Shown: one piece after another, positions 23,251 to 35,739 of the stretch
Position numbering within the stretch: the first letter of the stretch is position 1
Layout: each line of letters begins with the position of its first letter
NCBI RefSeq assembly: GCF_004010195.1
Contig: NW_025214440.1
Location: 1-43,908 of the forward strand
From: Chiloscyllium plagiosum
Taxonomy: Eukaryota
Direction: 5' to 3'
DNA length: 43,908 bases
Made by a program: the position numbers and the translations under genes
Notes under the pieces: generated by a model
The model's input: the letters and a program-made list of their open reading frames with translations, nothing else
Told to the model about the DNA's origin: nothing
The model's database searches: none

Positions 23251-24214
23251 TTTCCTGCTCCTCACATGCTGTCTGACCTGCTGTGCTTTCCCAGAACTAC
23301 ACTCTCGATTTGAACATCTCTCAAGCAACTTTCGGTAATAAATATGATGCCCCAATCCCATGTTCTTAATCATGGCCTGAGTTCATTGGAATTCCCTGTA
23401 ATACCCCTTACGTTGAAATAAATGAAATTTAGTGCTTCATAATTTCTACATACATTTGAATCTGTCCTCTTTCTTTTCTAGTTGACATGCCATCCTTACA
23501 TTCATAAACTTCGCAATTCATCCTACCATTTGCAATGCTACTTGTAATATCTCTCTTGTTGTCACTATCAATATAAAGTCTCCTACACAGACTGAGCAAA
23601 TCTCCCTGCTAAGATATTGGTTGCTTTCCTGTTTAGATTAGACCAATCATTTCTGATCAGGTCTTTTCTATTTTCAAATAGGTTCCAATCTCCCAAAAAT
23701 CTAAATCCTTCAACAGCACAGTAGCTCTTCAGCCATCGATTTTTCTCCTTTAACCTTTTGCTCCTCTTGGTTCAGTTTGGAATTGGGAGTAAACCAGAAA
23801 TTACAACTTTTAAGGTTTTATTTCTAATCTTCTAACTCAATTTTAAATTTACTCTGCACTGCTTTAATCTTTCCCTAAAAATATCATTCCTACCAATATG
23901 TACTATACCTTTTGACTGCTCAACCTCCCCTTTAACAATGTTGTTGAAATGTTTCGAGACGTTCTTAATCCTAGCACAGGGAAAGCAACAAACCATCCTA
24001 AATCTATGGTCACTGCCACAGAATCTCCTGTTGATGCCTCTGACAGAAGTGTGCACTGTAGCAATAATTCTACTAAATCTTCTCAAACGCTGCCGAACAT
24101 GAGAATTATTCCAAGTGTCCAAAAATTGATTAGTCTGCCATTTTCCTCAGAGAGACAATCCCCTTCAGTAGTTCTAAAAACTAAAAATCATTTTGATAGA
24201 GGAATAGCCACCGG

Positions 24215-24712
24215 AGAGGTTGCAGAGAAGGTTTACGTGGATGTTGCCCGGTATGGAAGGTGTTAGCTGTGAAGAGAGGTTGAGTAGTTTAGGTTTGTTT
24301 TCAGTAGAAAAAAGATGGGCGGGCGGGGGGGGGACTGATTGAGGTTTACAAAATCATGAAAGATATCGACAGGATAGATGGAGATAAGCTTTTTTCCAGG
24401 GTGAAGGATTCAATAACGAGACGTCACGTTTTCAAGGTGAGAGGTGAAAAGTTTAAGGGGAATACACACGGCAATTGCTTCACACTGAGGATGGTGGGTG
24501 TCTGGAACGCGTTGCCAGCAGAGGTGGTAGAGGCAGACACAGTAGATTCATTTAAGATGCATCTGGACAGATGCATGAGAAGGTGGGGAGCAGAGGGATA
24601 CAGATGCTTACGAATTGGGCGGCAGGTTTAGATAGTATATTTGGATCGGCTTAGGCTTGGAGCGCCGACGGGCCTGTTCCTGGGCTGTAACTTTTCTTTG
24701 TTCTTTGTTCTT
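24215..24712 (+). mobile_element. CR1 3' end (short insertion)
   Basis: ERLQRRFTWMLPG...VYKIMKDIDRID...VWNALPAEVVEA; tail ttctttgttctttgttcttt. Confidence 0.9.
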
Positions 24713-25029
24713 TCGAAGTATTGGTCTTTGGATCATAGTTGGGAAAATGTATCTGTGTTTCGGCACCTTGGGGAGTTGAATGGGATAACAGTGTGTTAGT
24801 TCAATGAACAGACTGCAAAACTGAAGCATGAGAAACTGGGAACCTGGATCACAAAACAAACCTCTGCATAAACATCACATTTTTGGGGAGGCAATATAAA
24901 TCTTGAAATATTTGAAAACTAAATACATTTACAAAGAGGAAAGGTTTTTGTTTACAGTTTACAGTTTAATGATGAGACCACTTTCAGTGTTTTTAAATTG
25001 TTATGATTCCTTCCCTCAGCATGGTCATT

Positions 25030-25515
25030 ATTCGACTAACCTTTACTTTCTGCTCAGTTTCTAACCTGCTGCTTTGGTTCCCACCCTCCTGTATCATCAA
25101 TTTAAATCTGCACGAACACACCTCCCTTCCAGGATGTTGGGGACCCTCCAGTTAAAGTGCAGATTTTGCTTCTTGTACATTTCCCACGTGCACTGGACGC
25201 GATCCAAATCATTCCAAAATCAGAAACAATCCTCCCAAACTAGTTCTTTACCACATATTCAACTGTACTATCTTCCTCTTCTTTGTCTCACTTTCAGGTG
25301 GCACAGGAAGTAATCCCAAGATTATAACCCTGGAGATCTTGCTTTTAAACTTACTCCTAACTCCCTGAACTTTCTTTGCAGGACCTTTCAACCTTTCACT
25401 CTTTTTACCAATATCATTGGTATCAATGTGAACTATGATGGCTGGCTTTCTACCCTCCCACTTCAATATGCCTTGAGCATGCTCAGTGCCACTCTGGATC
25501 CGGGCACCGACTGCC
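25030..25515 (-). mobile_element. CR1 ORF1 (SGNH/GDSL esterase) fragment
   Basis: IIVHIDTNDIGKK...SRVIILGLLPVP...KIVQLNMW. Confidence 0.8.
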
Positions 25516-25539
25516 CCTTTTTATGAAGAAATCATACAA

Positions 25540-25790
25540 CCGTGGAATCCGTACGGTGGGGAAGCAGGCCATTTCACACAGCACGTCCACGCTGACCTTT
25601 CAAAGAGTAACCCACCCTGACCCATTCCCATACTCTATTACTCTGCATTTAATCCTGACTAATGCATCTACCTGCCAACTATTGGCAAAAAAATACCCAG
25701 ACTCATTCCTCTACATTATGTTGAATCTGCTTTCTCGCAACAGATACTGCCAGAACTATTGAACATTCCAAGCAACTTCTGGTTTTGTCA
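25540..25790. mobile_element. HE1/CR1 3'-tail fragment (minus) plus Penelope-terminal fragment (plus)
   Basis: gtgggaagcaggcc...aacccaccctgacccattccc resembles 37870-37945; cagatactgccagaactattgaacattcc resembles 32209-32245. Confidence 0.5.
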
Positions 25791-26251
25791 CCGATGATGA
25801 GTGCATATTGATAAAAACAAATTGAAAAAGGAAAACAGCTGAATTTAAACTCTAGGGAGAAAACTAAATATTTGGTCATTCAATAATGCCAGTAAAGTTG
25901 CACTAAATTACTGCTGTTCATTCCATGAACATCACTTGTTCACTTTCCCAATTCATGAATAAAGGAGATTTTTACATCACTTTTGATATCAGAAATCTTT
26001 GAAATGTTGCACGTTTACTCCTTCATATGGGAATGTGATTACATCACATTCTTTCATCTCACGCAAAATGCATTACTTTGTCGAAGAATACAAGTAACAT
26101 TGTAAGTAATTGGAATGATAACTGGATAGATATATTTAGGTAAAGGAAGAATGAGAGAAAATGGGTATTTTCTGGAATAGAAAAGACTATTATGTAAACT
26201 TGCTAAGTTGATCAAATTTATGGAAAGCCATGCAGGGCAGATAAAGGATAT

Positions 26252-26922
26252 TGTTATGAACGTGTCGAGGTATATGTTACCTTTAAGAGAGACTGGAAGC
26301 AGGCACAAAGTTTTCTGGAAGAAGTTAAAATGTAACATTGGGCCGTGAAATCAATAGTGTTGCTGAGTTACCACGGAACAAAGTCCAATTCAAATTCGAC
26401 TAGTCCGTTTAACTTCTGCCCCAACATACTGAAATCACATTGGGTTTGAAATATAATGCTTTTGATGACATCAAAATCAATGAAATGATCTGATGTTTTG
26501 AGGTATAAAACTGGACATTTGAATATTTAGGGGGACAACTGCCAAGGACATCCACAAAAACAGACTGCGAGCTGAAGAGCTTCCTGACGGTTCTGTCTGT
26601 AAGACGTTTGTACAGCAGAACATCGAAGCTGACCGAGAGTAACATCTACACAGCAAAATCTACAAAAGAGAATCGACAACGCTGACTGTTTCAGTGAAGC
26701 AGTATTGAAGAGTGGGAGATAAAAGATACGTTCAACCGAAGGGATTTCTAAATAATTGTTGTTTTATTATTCTCTGGCGAACTTAAATAACAAAGTTGTT
26801 AATTTTACTTTAAATAGTGACTGGATCATTGCTTCTTAAAAGTAATGAGATTAAGGCATGAGGTGAAGTTATTCTGTGTGGCTGGTTTAAATTAGGAGAG
26901 GTGTTAACCCTGCGTTGTAACA
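26252..26922 (+). repeat. 5' LTR of element B
   Basis: TGTTATGAACGTGT...GTAACA; homologous to 31473-32187. Confidence 0.85.
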
Positions 26923-26925
26923 GGT

Positions 26926-26951
26926 TGGGGGCTTCCGTCCGCGATTTGAAC
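26926..26951 (+). other. Primer-binding site complementary to the tRNA-Pro 3' end
   Basis: TGGGGGCTTCCGTCCGCGATTTGAAC vs tRNA-Pro complement TGGGGGCTCGTCCGGGATTTGAAC, 3 nt after the LTR. Confidence 0.8.
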
Positions 26952-27626
26952 AGGTTTAAACAAACCCAAACTGAGATCTGGGTAGATTTGAATAGATTTG
27001 AGGTATGAAGAAAGCACAGTATATTTAAACATTTGCATGTTAGTGTCTGAGATCTTTAAATAAAATGTCATGGAGACAAATTGTTTAATTTCGATAATTT
27101 GTAGTTGGTTAAATTAAAAGTGAGAGAAATGACTCTTAAAATTTTAAGAGAGATTTGAAGATGATTTTCAAATTTGTCAAGAAAGTTTAGAAAGAAAGAT
27201 AAAGGCCAAACTTTTTGAATTAGCAAAGAGCATAGTTTTGTGTTTAACCAAGGACAAGAGTAAAGCTGAAATTGTCAGACGTTACTCAAACACGAAGGTA
27301 TGTCAGAGAAACCGACAAGTGCAGTACAGTGAAAAAAACTTAAATTACAATGAAGGAAAATTGAGTTTAAAGATAAACAAATGGAGAGAGAAAGAGAGAG
27401 AGAAGAAACAGAAAGCAAAACAGAAGAGGGAGAGATATATAGAAAAGGGAAAGAGAAGGTTCGCAGCTGAGCAAAAAGAGAGCGAATTTGAACTTGAGAT
27501 GTTGCAATTTAGTCAGCAAAGTCAAGTTAACAGAATGGAGATTAAAAGGAATGATAGTGATACACAGAACTATGTTAAAACTCTGGCAAATTTTGATGAG
27601 AAAAATGTTGAAGCAGGAGAGATGAA

Positions 27627-27889
27627 GGGCGGCAAGGTGGCACAGTGGTTAGCACTACTGCCTCACACCGCCAGAGACCTGCGTTCAATTCCCACCTAAG
27701 TCGACTATCTGTGTGGTGTTTGCACATTCTTCTGCGTGGGTTTGCTCTAGTTTCCTCCACCGCCCAAAAACGTTTAGGTTAGGTGAATTGGCTGTGCTAA
27801 ATTGCCCATAGTGTTAGGTGTTTAGGGGAATGGGTTTGGGTGGATTTTGGGCCGAAGGGCCCGTTTCCACACTGTGCGTAATCTAATCT
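27627..27889 (+). mobile_element. HE1-type V-SINE inserted in gag of element B
   Basis: Homologous to 18451-18752 with internal deletions; taatctaatc tail. Confidence 0.9.
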
Positions 27890-28132
27890 TATTTCATTGA
27901 AAACTTGGCTAGGCAGACAGAATGGTCCAAGGATTTATGGGGAATGCTAGTTCGGTATAAACTGGTACGTAGGGTGAGTGAAGTATATTCTCCATTGTCA
28001 GATGAGGAGTTAAGAGATTCTGAAGACGGCAAGCAAGCTATTTCAAGTGCTCACAAATTGGTACCTGAAAAATATAGACAGCAGTACAGAAACATAAAGG
28101 AGGAACCACGTCAGACTTATGTTGTGTTTGAA

Positions 28133-28210
28133 AGAACTAAACATAGGCATTTTGATAGGTGGATGCTTGCTAGAACTAAACATAGGCATTTTGATAGGTG
28201 GATGCTTGCT
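28133..28210 (+). repeat. Perfect in-frame 39-bp tandem duplication in gag
   Basis: RTKHRHFDRWMLA x2. Confidence 0.95.
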
Positions 28211-31200
28211 TTAAAGATAGATACGACATATGAGGCTCTAATGGAGATTATTCTGCTGAACGTGTTGAAGAACTCACTTCCAGAGATGACAAGAGTTCAT
28301 GTGGAGGAATATAAAGTTCAGGAATTGAAAAGGGCAGGAGAATTAGCAGATGAATACATGTTGCTGCATAAGACAAACTTCCAGTCAGAATTTCGTCCTG
28401 TGAGGGATAGAATTTGCGAGAAGGGGAGATGCTACAGTACAAAGGAAAGAGTAGAGAATAAGAGTTTACCACAAGTTAAAGAAGATGCCCAAGAGAATGG
28501 AAAGGAGGTGAAAGGCCTCAGGTATTTTTACTGTCATAGAATGGGACACAGAAAATTTCAATGGTTTCAAAAGGGCACTGGTAAAATGTATTTTCACTGC
28601 CATAACATCGGATATGTAAGGTCACAGTGCTGGTCATTAAGAAAGGCAGTATGGGAGAAGATATGGTAAAATAAGTTAAGCCAGTGGCATTAGTGAAGGT
28701 ATTAAAGGAATCCCAACAAGGTCCGAAGAGCTGCAGGAAAGTGCACAGCCTAGGCAGGGGCTGGGTATGGAGTTAGTATCTGATCTCTATAAAGAACTCG
28801 CCTCTGTGAGTAAAGTTTACTCAGAAACAATAGAGGGAGAAGGAGAAGAAGTTATCATTTTGAGAGATACAAGATCTAACCAGTTTCTAATAGTAAGAGA
28901 TGAGCAAATTTGCAGTCTTCCTGATCTGTTACCCGAGAATGTCGTATTTTGTGGGATAGTTGGATAGAAATTTAGCTTTCCTCTACTTAAGATCAGGTTG
29001 GAGTGCCGACACAAATTTGGGGAAGTAACCATGGGAGTGACTGACAGAGTGTCAGTTCTAGGAATCCAGTTTGTTCTTGAGAATGGTTTAGCAGGGTCCA
29101 AATTGGAAGCGATACCCCTAGTTGTGGAGAATCCCAAGGAAGACCAAGAAACTGAGGATTTAAAACAGAAATATACTGGTATTTTCCCAGTAACCAGATC
29201 CCACTATCCTAAGTCACAGCAAGAAGCACAAACTATAGACAACGATGAAGGAGTTAAGGTTCAGTTAGCTGACATCCTGTTTGACGTAATGGTGCAGAGA
29301 AACCATGAACAAAGAGAGGGTCAGTCAAAGGTGTTTAGTCCTGAAAGGCGAAGGGATTGGCAACAGACAGGCAAGATAATAAAACATATATATATGCGGA
29401 TGCGTACTTTGAGAGTGAGGAGGAGATATTTCTGATGATTATTATCAGAAATATAGAATCCTATGACGGAAGTGGAGACTACGGCAGGTTAGTGCAGAGG
29501 AGTAATGTGCTGAAGTGTGCCAGATTATGTTGCCGGTAGCAAAGAGACAGGAAGTATTATGGGTAGCACGTGAACTAACTGTGGGAGGTCACCGAATGGT
29601 ACGAAAGACACAGGCGAAGGGACAAAAACATTTTTAATGACCTGGAATGCACAAAGATGTGGTTAACTTTTGGCATACGTGTCATACATGCCAAATGGTA
29701 GGGAGGCCACAGGCTGTAATGAAACTAGCACCTCTGTCGTGAATTCCCACATTCGAAGATCCCTCCTTTTGGGTTATAACTGAATGTGTACGTCTCCTCC
29801 TGAAAAGTAGAGGAGAGAAAGAATTGGAAAATCAGGTGTTAATTACTGCCCCAAAGAGTGAGGAATCAAATCCAAATGTTGTGAATTTTGACGTTCCTCA
29901 AAATATGTTAAAAAAAAGTATAAGTCCTTGAGCAGTGGGGTCGATTAGTAAACTATCTGTCTCAGGAGCATTGAACGCAGTTGAAAGGTTTGTTATTGCA
30001 GTATGAGGACATATGCAAGGATAATATGTGGAGGACTAATGCTATTATACATGAGGTAGACTTGCGAATACTGTTCCGATAAAACAACATCAATATCCTC
30101 TTAATCCTCTCAAAGCCAGACCGGTCCAGAAGGAGGTGGAGGTCATGCTAAATGAGGTCATTATCGAACCAAACCAGAGTGAGTGGAGCTCGCTGATCAT
30201 ATTAGTGCCCAAACCGGATGGGACTCAATGATTTTGGCTGGATTATTGGAAGGTCAACACTGTTGCAAAATCAGACATATCCAATACTGACATTGGAGGA
30301 CTGTACGGAGAAAGTTGGACAAGTCAGTTACATCAACAAGTTGGAGTTAATGCGTAGTTTCTGGCAGGTACCTTTATCAGAGATGGCGAAAGACGTTTCT
30401 GAATTCTAACGCCATATGGACTGTATCAATTAAAAGTGATGCCCTTTGGAATGACGAATACACCCAACCCATTCCAAAGACTCATGGACAGAATTGTGGT
30501 CTGATTAATAAACTGTGCAGTCCGTTTGGATGATGTAGTGATCTTTAGTTCGTTCTAGAAAGATCACTTGGTACAGTTGGCAGAGCCTTTTGAACGAATA
30601 CAAGAAACAAACCTGGTGATAAAATTAAACAAAACTGAATTCGCGAAAGCAGCCATAATGTTCTTGGGACAAAATATCGGTCATGGAAGGTTGACCCCAT
30701 GGAACGCAAAGTCAAAAGGTTTCGAGCAATTTCCACGACCAGCCTCGAAGAAAAAGGAACTTCCCTCCTTTGTAGTCAGCGGATTCTATCGGAAGTTTAT
30801 TCCAAACGTCAGCAGTGTAGTGGCACCGTTAACCGACTTGCTGAAGAAGAACACAAAGTTTTGGTTGACAGAACAGTGCAGAACAAGGCATTCGACCATT
30901 AAAAAGAAATATTGATCACCAAACCAGTTTCAGCTACACCAAACGCTTGAAAACCTTTCATAGTTGCTGTTGACGCGCGTGACATAGGAGTTGGAGCTGT
31001 ACTGCTACAGGCCAATGAGATGGAATCGTAGTTTTCAAAGAAATTCAACATCCACCAGAGAAAATAGTCCACGACTGAGAAAGAACTATTGAGTTTGGTA
31101 GTAGAGTTATGATATTTTAATGTGTACTCATAAACAGTGTGTTGGAGACGGTTGTGTACACGGATCCCAATCTGCTTACATTCTTTGAACACTTTAAAGA

Positions 31201-31472
31201 ATACTTCATTGGAGTCTAATGTTACAGACATTTAATTTAAAAATCGTACATGTAGCGTGTCGTAAGAATGTAATGGCAGATGCGTTCTCACAGATTTAAC
31301 TGATAATGTTTAGACGAGATTTGTATTTATCCAATGTGAAATATAGGTAAATGGGAAGAAGTTAAGGTGAACTTAGATTTAAGTAATCCGTATGTTATTG
31401 TAATGTGTTTAAGAATAGAAAAACAAATGAGACCGTGTTTTCATTATGATGGTTCTTTTTTGAGAGAAAATG

Positions 31473-32187
31473 TATTATGAACGTGTAAAGGGTACTGTAC
31501 CTTTAAGAAAGTTGAAGGATTTACAAGCACAGTGAGTTCTGGAAAATTTACAAAGTAACATATGGTCCAGCAGCTGGCAGTATGAGACAAACAAAAATCA
31601 AATTTGATCAATCTGTTTAAATTATGTCCCAAGAAACTAAACTACAATCGAGTTTAAATTCGGCATTTGGCAATATGATAAAAAATGAAATTACCCGGTG
31701 CTCTGGGGTAGAAAGCTGAAAATAAAATTGACCAGTTGGGGGAGAACTGCCACGCCACCAACATCTGCAGACTGCCTGGAGAATAGCTCTCCGAAATGTA
31801 TCTTTGTTTATCATTGACCTGCGAAACAGAAACCCTAAGGAGAAGAAATGAAGACAGAGGAAGATACAAAGAGAAGATTCGACATCTGGCTGGTTCTGAA
31901 ATTTGAATGTTCTGGCATATCTTAGTTGAGGGGGGGATTATCGGACCAGTATTGGAGAAGAGAAATTTAAAAGATAGGTCAGAGAAAGGAGTTGCAAATA
32001 GTTGTTACTTAATTATTCTCTATTAGACTTTAAAAAAAACTTGTTATTTTTTACTTTAAATAGTGACCTTTAGGATGGATATTGGCCTTCTGAATTTTTA
32101 CTCATTACACCATGGGTTAAATCTTTTCTGTGTTGCAGGTTTAAATTAATGTTGGGTGGGGGGAGGTGTGGTTCCCCCGTGGTAACA
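31473..32187 (+). repeat. 3' LTR of element B
   Basis: TATTATGAACGTGT...GTAACA; shares tacctttaaga, ttttactttaaatagtgac and ggtttaaatta with the 5' LTR. Confidence 0.85.
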
Positions 32188-32309
32188 CATTAATTCGGAT
32201 TTATTTGTACAGATGCTGCCAGACCTGCAGAGTTTTTCCAGTACATTTCTGTCTTAGTTTCTGGTTTACGAAATCTGCAGTTTTCTTGACTTTCTTATGC
32301 GTATCACTG

Positions 32310-33745
32310 ACACCCACGGTTGAGGTCCTGGAGGGCAGGAAGACAGCTAATGTCGTTACATTATTTGTAATTTGGCTGCAAAGAAAACCCACGGAACGAC
32401 AGACCAGTGAGTTTAATGTCAAGGGTGGAAAAGTGTTTGTAGGAAATTATGAGAGGCAGGATTTACATGCATTTGTAAAGGCAAGGACTGAATAGGGATA
32501 TTCAGCATGGCTTTATGTCTGAGAATCCATGTCTCACAAACTAGATTGCAGTTTTTGAAGAGGTGATTGTGAAGATAGATGAAGGTAAAGCAGCATACGT
32601 TGTCTACGTGGACCTTCGTGAAGCCCAACAAGGTTCCACATGGTAGTAATAAGGTTAGATCACAGGGGATCAGGGAGAGCTATCCAATTAGATGCAAAGC
32701 TGCCTTGACCGTAGGAGACAGAGGGTGTTGGGAGAGATTTGCTGTTCCAATTGGAGGCCTGTGTCCAGCGTTGTGCCACAAGGACTAGGCTGCTGTTGTT
32801 CATTGTTTTAGTAAATGGTTTGGATGAGAACATTGGAACCGTTGGATAGTAATTTGGAGATGAACCCCCCAAATTGAAGTTATGGTGGACAGTGAAGAAG
32901 GCTATCTTAGAGAACAAAGATATCTTGATCAACATGACAAGTGGGCTGAGGATTTGTTGATGGAGCTTCATGCAGATAAATGTGAGATGTTGCATTTTGT
33001 TAGACAAACGAGTGTAGGAATTATTCAGAAAATGGTAGTGCGCTGGGGAGTATTGTCAAACAGAGAGATCCAGGTTCCAGATACATAGTTCTGTGAAAGT
33101 GGAGTTGCAGATTGACAGAGCAGTGAATAAGACATAAGGCAAGCTGTCTTCCATCGGTCAGAGCATTGATTATAGGAATTAGAGCATCAAGTTGTGGCTC
33201 TACAAGAGAATGGTAAGGCCATATTTGAAGCACTGAGTGCAATTCTTGTCGCCCTGCGATTGGAAGGATGTTATAAACTGGGAAGGGGACAAAGGTATTT
33301 AAAATGATGTGACGGAGATGGGAGATTTTGAGATATAATGATAGGCTGGGATTTTGTTCCTTTTGCGTTGGAGGCTGAGAGGTGACCTTTATTACATCAT
33401 GAGAGACATGGATAGGAAGAAGAGACAAGATCATTTCCTCCGGGTGGGTGTGTCCAGAACCAGAGAGGATAGGTTTAAGGTGAGAGGCAAGACATTTAAA
33501 AGAGATCTAAGGGACAGTTGTTTCTCACAGAGGGTAGTGTGTATATGTAGAGAGCTGTCAGAGGAAGTGGCATTGGGGAGTACAATTACAACATTTGAAA
33601 GACAATTTGATGTGTACATGAATAGGAAGGTTTTGAAGGGTCTGTGCCAAAAGAAGAAATATAGTAATCATTCAGTTTGGGAAACCAGGTGAGTGTGAAT
33701 GAGTTGAGCCAAAAGGTCTGTTTGCATATTGTATGATTCTAAGAG
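32310..33745 (+). mobile_element. Old CR1 LINE RT-to-3' end
   Basis: KTANVVTLF, QHGF, KVPHG, MVDSEEG, RLRGDL, FSQRVV; many frameshifts. Confidence 0.85.
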
Positions 33746-33899
33746 TCTGTGACTCTTTCACTCCTCCTTCATCACTAGTCCTTCAATGCAATCAATTCAT
33801 TTCCAAGTCAAAACTCATCAGCAATACTCTAAATGATCTAACTCTCCAAACTTTCTTAAATAGAGAATTCCTGACATTGATGTGGTTCTTTAGACCACA

Positions 33900-35290
33900 G
33901 CAGCAGCAGAAGCAGAATTAAATTCAAGCACAATCTGTAACATTTTTCCTGGGATAATCCCTCAGTCTACCATTCCAACCACGTTGATCTATGGTTCAGT
34001 GGTGTATAGGTGAACGTGCCACTGTCCCAATCGTGTGTACCTAAACCTGATGACAACCTGTGAAACTACCGTAATTGACCGCTTGCATTCCAAACAGCAG
34101 AACTAACATCTGATAGAGAGGGTGTAATGATCCTAACACCAACAAATCAACAGTACTTTCACTTCCAGCCATAAATGGTGATGGACGGTTAAACAATTTT
34201 ATGGAGGAGAGGTCTCCACTATTATCCCAATCCTAAATAATGGAACAGTCCTGTACATCAGTGTACAAGGATGATAAGGATGTCGTTTTGGCAAGATACT
34301 CCGCCAGACATGTTGAGTGGATAATCCACATCACCCTCGCCATGATGCCCACAGAGTCACAGATGCCCGTCTTCAATCAATTTAATTCACTGCAAGTAAC
34401 ATGAAGAAACAGGTGAACACAATAGCTACGACAAAGGCAATGGGCCGTGACACCATTCCTGTAATAGGACTGAAGACTTGTGCTGCACAACAAGCCGTGT
34501 CCCTGGGGAGGCTGTTTCATTCCAGCTCCAAGTAACATGAAGAAACAGGTGAACACAATAGCTACGACAAAGGCAATGGGCCGTGACACCATTCCTGTAA
34601 TAGGACTGAAGACTTGTGCTGCACAACAAGCCGTGTCCCTGGGGAGGCTGTTTCATTCCAGCTCCAACTCTGACATCTCCCTGGCAATGTGGAAAATTAC
34701 TCAGCTATGTCCTGTCCCCTTAGAGGAGAATAATTACAGTCTAACCATTTACCACCCCCTCAGTCCCATCANNNNNNNNNNNNNNNNNNNNNNNNNNNNN
34801 NNNNNNNNNNNNNNNNNNNNNNNNNNNNNNNNNNNNNNNNNNNNNNNNNNNNNNNNNNNNNNNNNNNNNNNNNNNNNNNNNNNNNNNNNNNNNNNNNNNN
34901 NNNNNNNNNNNNNNNNNNNNNNNNNNNNNNNNNNNNNNNNNNNNNNNNNNNNNNNNNNNNNNNNNNNNNNNNNNNNNNNNNNNNNNNNNNNNNNNNNNNN
35001 NNNNNNNNNNNNNNNNNNNNNNNNNNNNNNNNNNNNNNNNNNNNNNNNNNNNNNNNNNNNNNNNNNNNNNNNAAGCTGTTTCATTCCAGCTCCAACTCTG
35101 ACATCCTCTTGGCAATATGGAAAATTACTCAGCTACGTCCAGTCCCCTAAGAGGAGAATAGTTACAATCTGACCATTTACCACCCCCTCAATCCCATTAC
35201 GATTGTTAAACTGATGGAAGTTCTTTTGGACAGATCTGTCAAACAGCACAGAAATAACCGGCTCAGTGTGGTTTCCAACATGGTCCCTAC
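33900..35290 (+). mobile_element. Old CR1/L2-group LINE ORF2 fragment with duplications and an assembly gap
   Basis: TTKAMGRDTIPVIGLKTCA...LAMWKITQLCPV...IYHPLS (RT N-terminal motifs). Confidence 0.7.
34393..34664. repeat. Identical 136-bp tandem duplication; 34648-34770 recurs (diverged) at 35075-35198 across the gap
   Basis: Direct comparison of the copies. Confidence 0.9.
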
Positions 35291-35739
35291 ATGGTCCCTA
35301 CATGGAGTTGGTGCTGTTGTGGAAATGTCACTGGATTACTCATCCAGACCAGGCTAATACTCTGGCAGCTAATGGAAATTAATATCAATTAATAAAATAT
35401 CGAGATCTAACATCTAGTATCAGTAACTGTGATGCTGAAATCAATGTCGATTGCAAACTCCAATTTGCTTCATCAATGTACTTTCAGGAAGTGAATTCTG
35501 GCCTAGTGAATTCCATGCATTCCCGGTTGAGCCTGAAAGATACTCTAGACATACACGCATGTGATAAACTTTTCAATGGTCTCTAAAACGGTAAAGCAAA
35601 TTGTATCAAACGACTCTGTGGTTTGGAAGGATAAAACTGACAGAACTTCCATCACCAGCCTCAGTATCGGAAAAGGGAACGGGAAACACAGCCCTGTTGA
35701 CCCTGCAGAGGTCTCCTTCCTAACATCTAAGAGCTTGTG

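Larger units (their letters stand above)
23097..23310. mobile_element. Palindromic Penelope-terminal element with two back-to-back hammerhead motifs
   Basis: ~23128-23212 inverted against 23220-23306 with a ~7-nt spacer; same family as 5172-5237. Confidence 0.85.
21990..24214 (-). mobile_element. Old CR1 LINE (ORF1 esterase and ORF2 endonuclease/linker remnants)
   Basis: Minus strand VRGINRRFCG...MVCCFPCARIK...IVHIGRND (ORF1); WEAF...RHYIPVRVKGK (ORF2); interrupted at ~23097-23310. Confidence 0.75.
27129..31299 (+). pseudogene. gag-pol of element B (SCAN-like gag, two knuckles, PR, truncated IN, RT, RH)
   Basis: VPEKYRQQYRNI...LKNSLP; ILRDTRSNQ; GGH...PGMHKDV...CHTCQ (~29585-29694); VMPFGMTN; GFYRKFIPN; VDARDIGVGAVLLQ; NVMADAFS. 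Confidence 0.9.
26252..32187 (+). mobile_element. Decayed Gmr1-like Gypsy LTR retrotransposon (element B)
   Basis: Paired LTRs, tRNA-Pro-type PBS, gag-PR-(IN)-RT-RH remnants; no matching TSD (ATAT vs CATT). Confidence 0.9.

Noticed and set aside
26031..26051. 9-bp inverted repeat GAATGTGAT-tac-ATCACATTC
   Set aside because: Single short AT-rich palindrome; compatible with chance in 44 kb.
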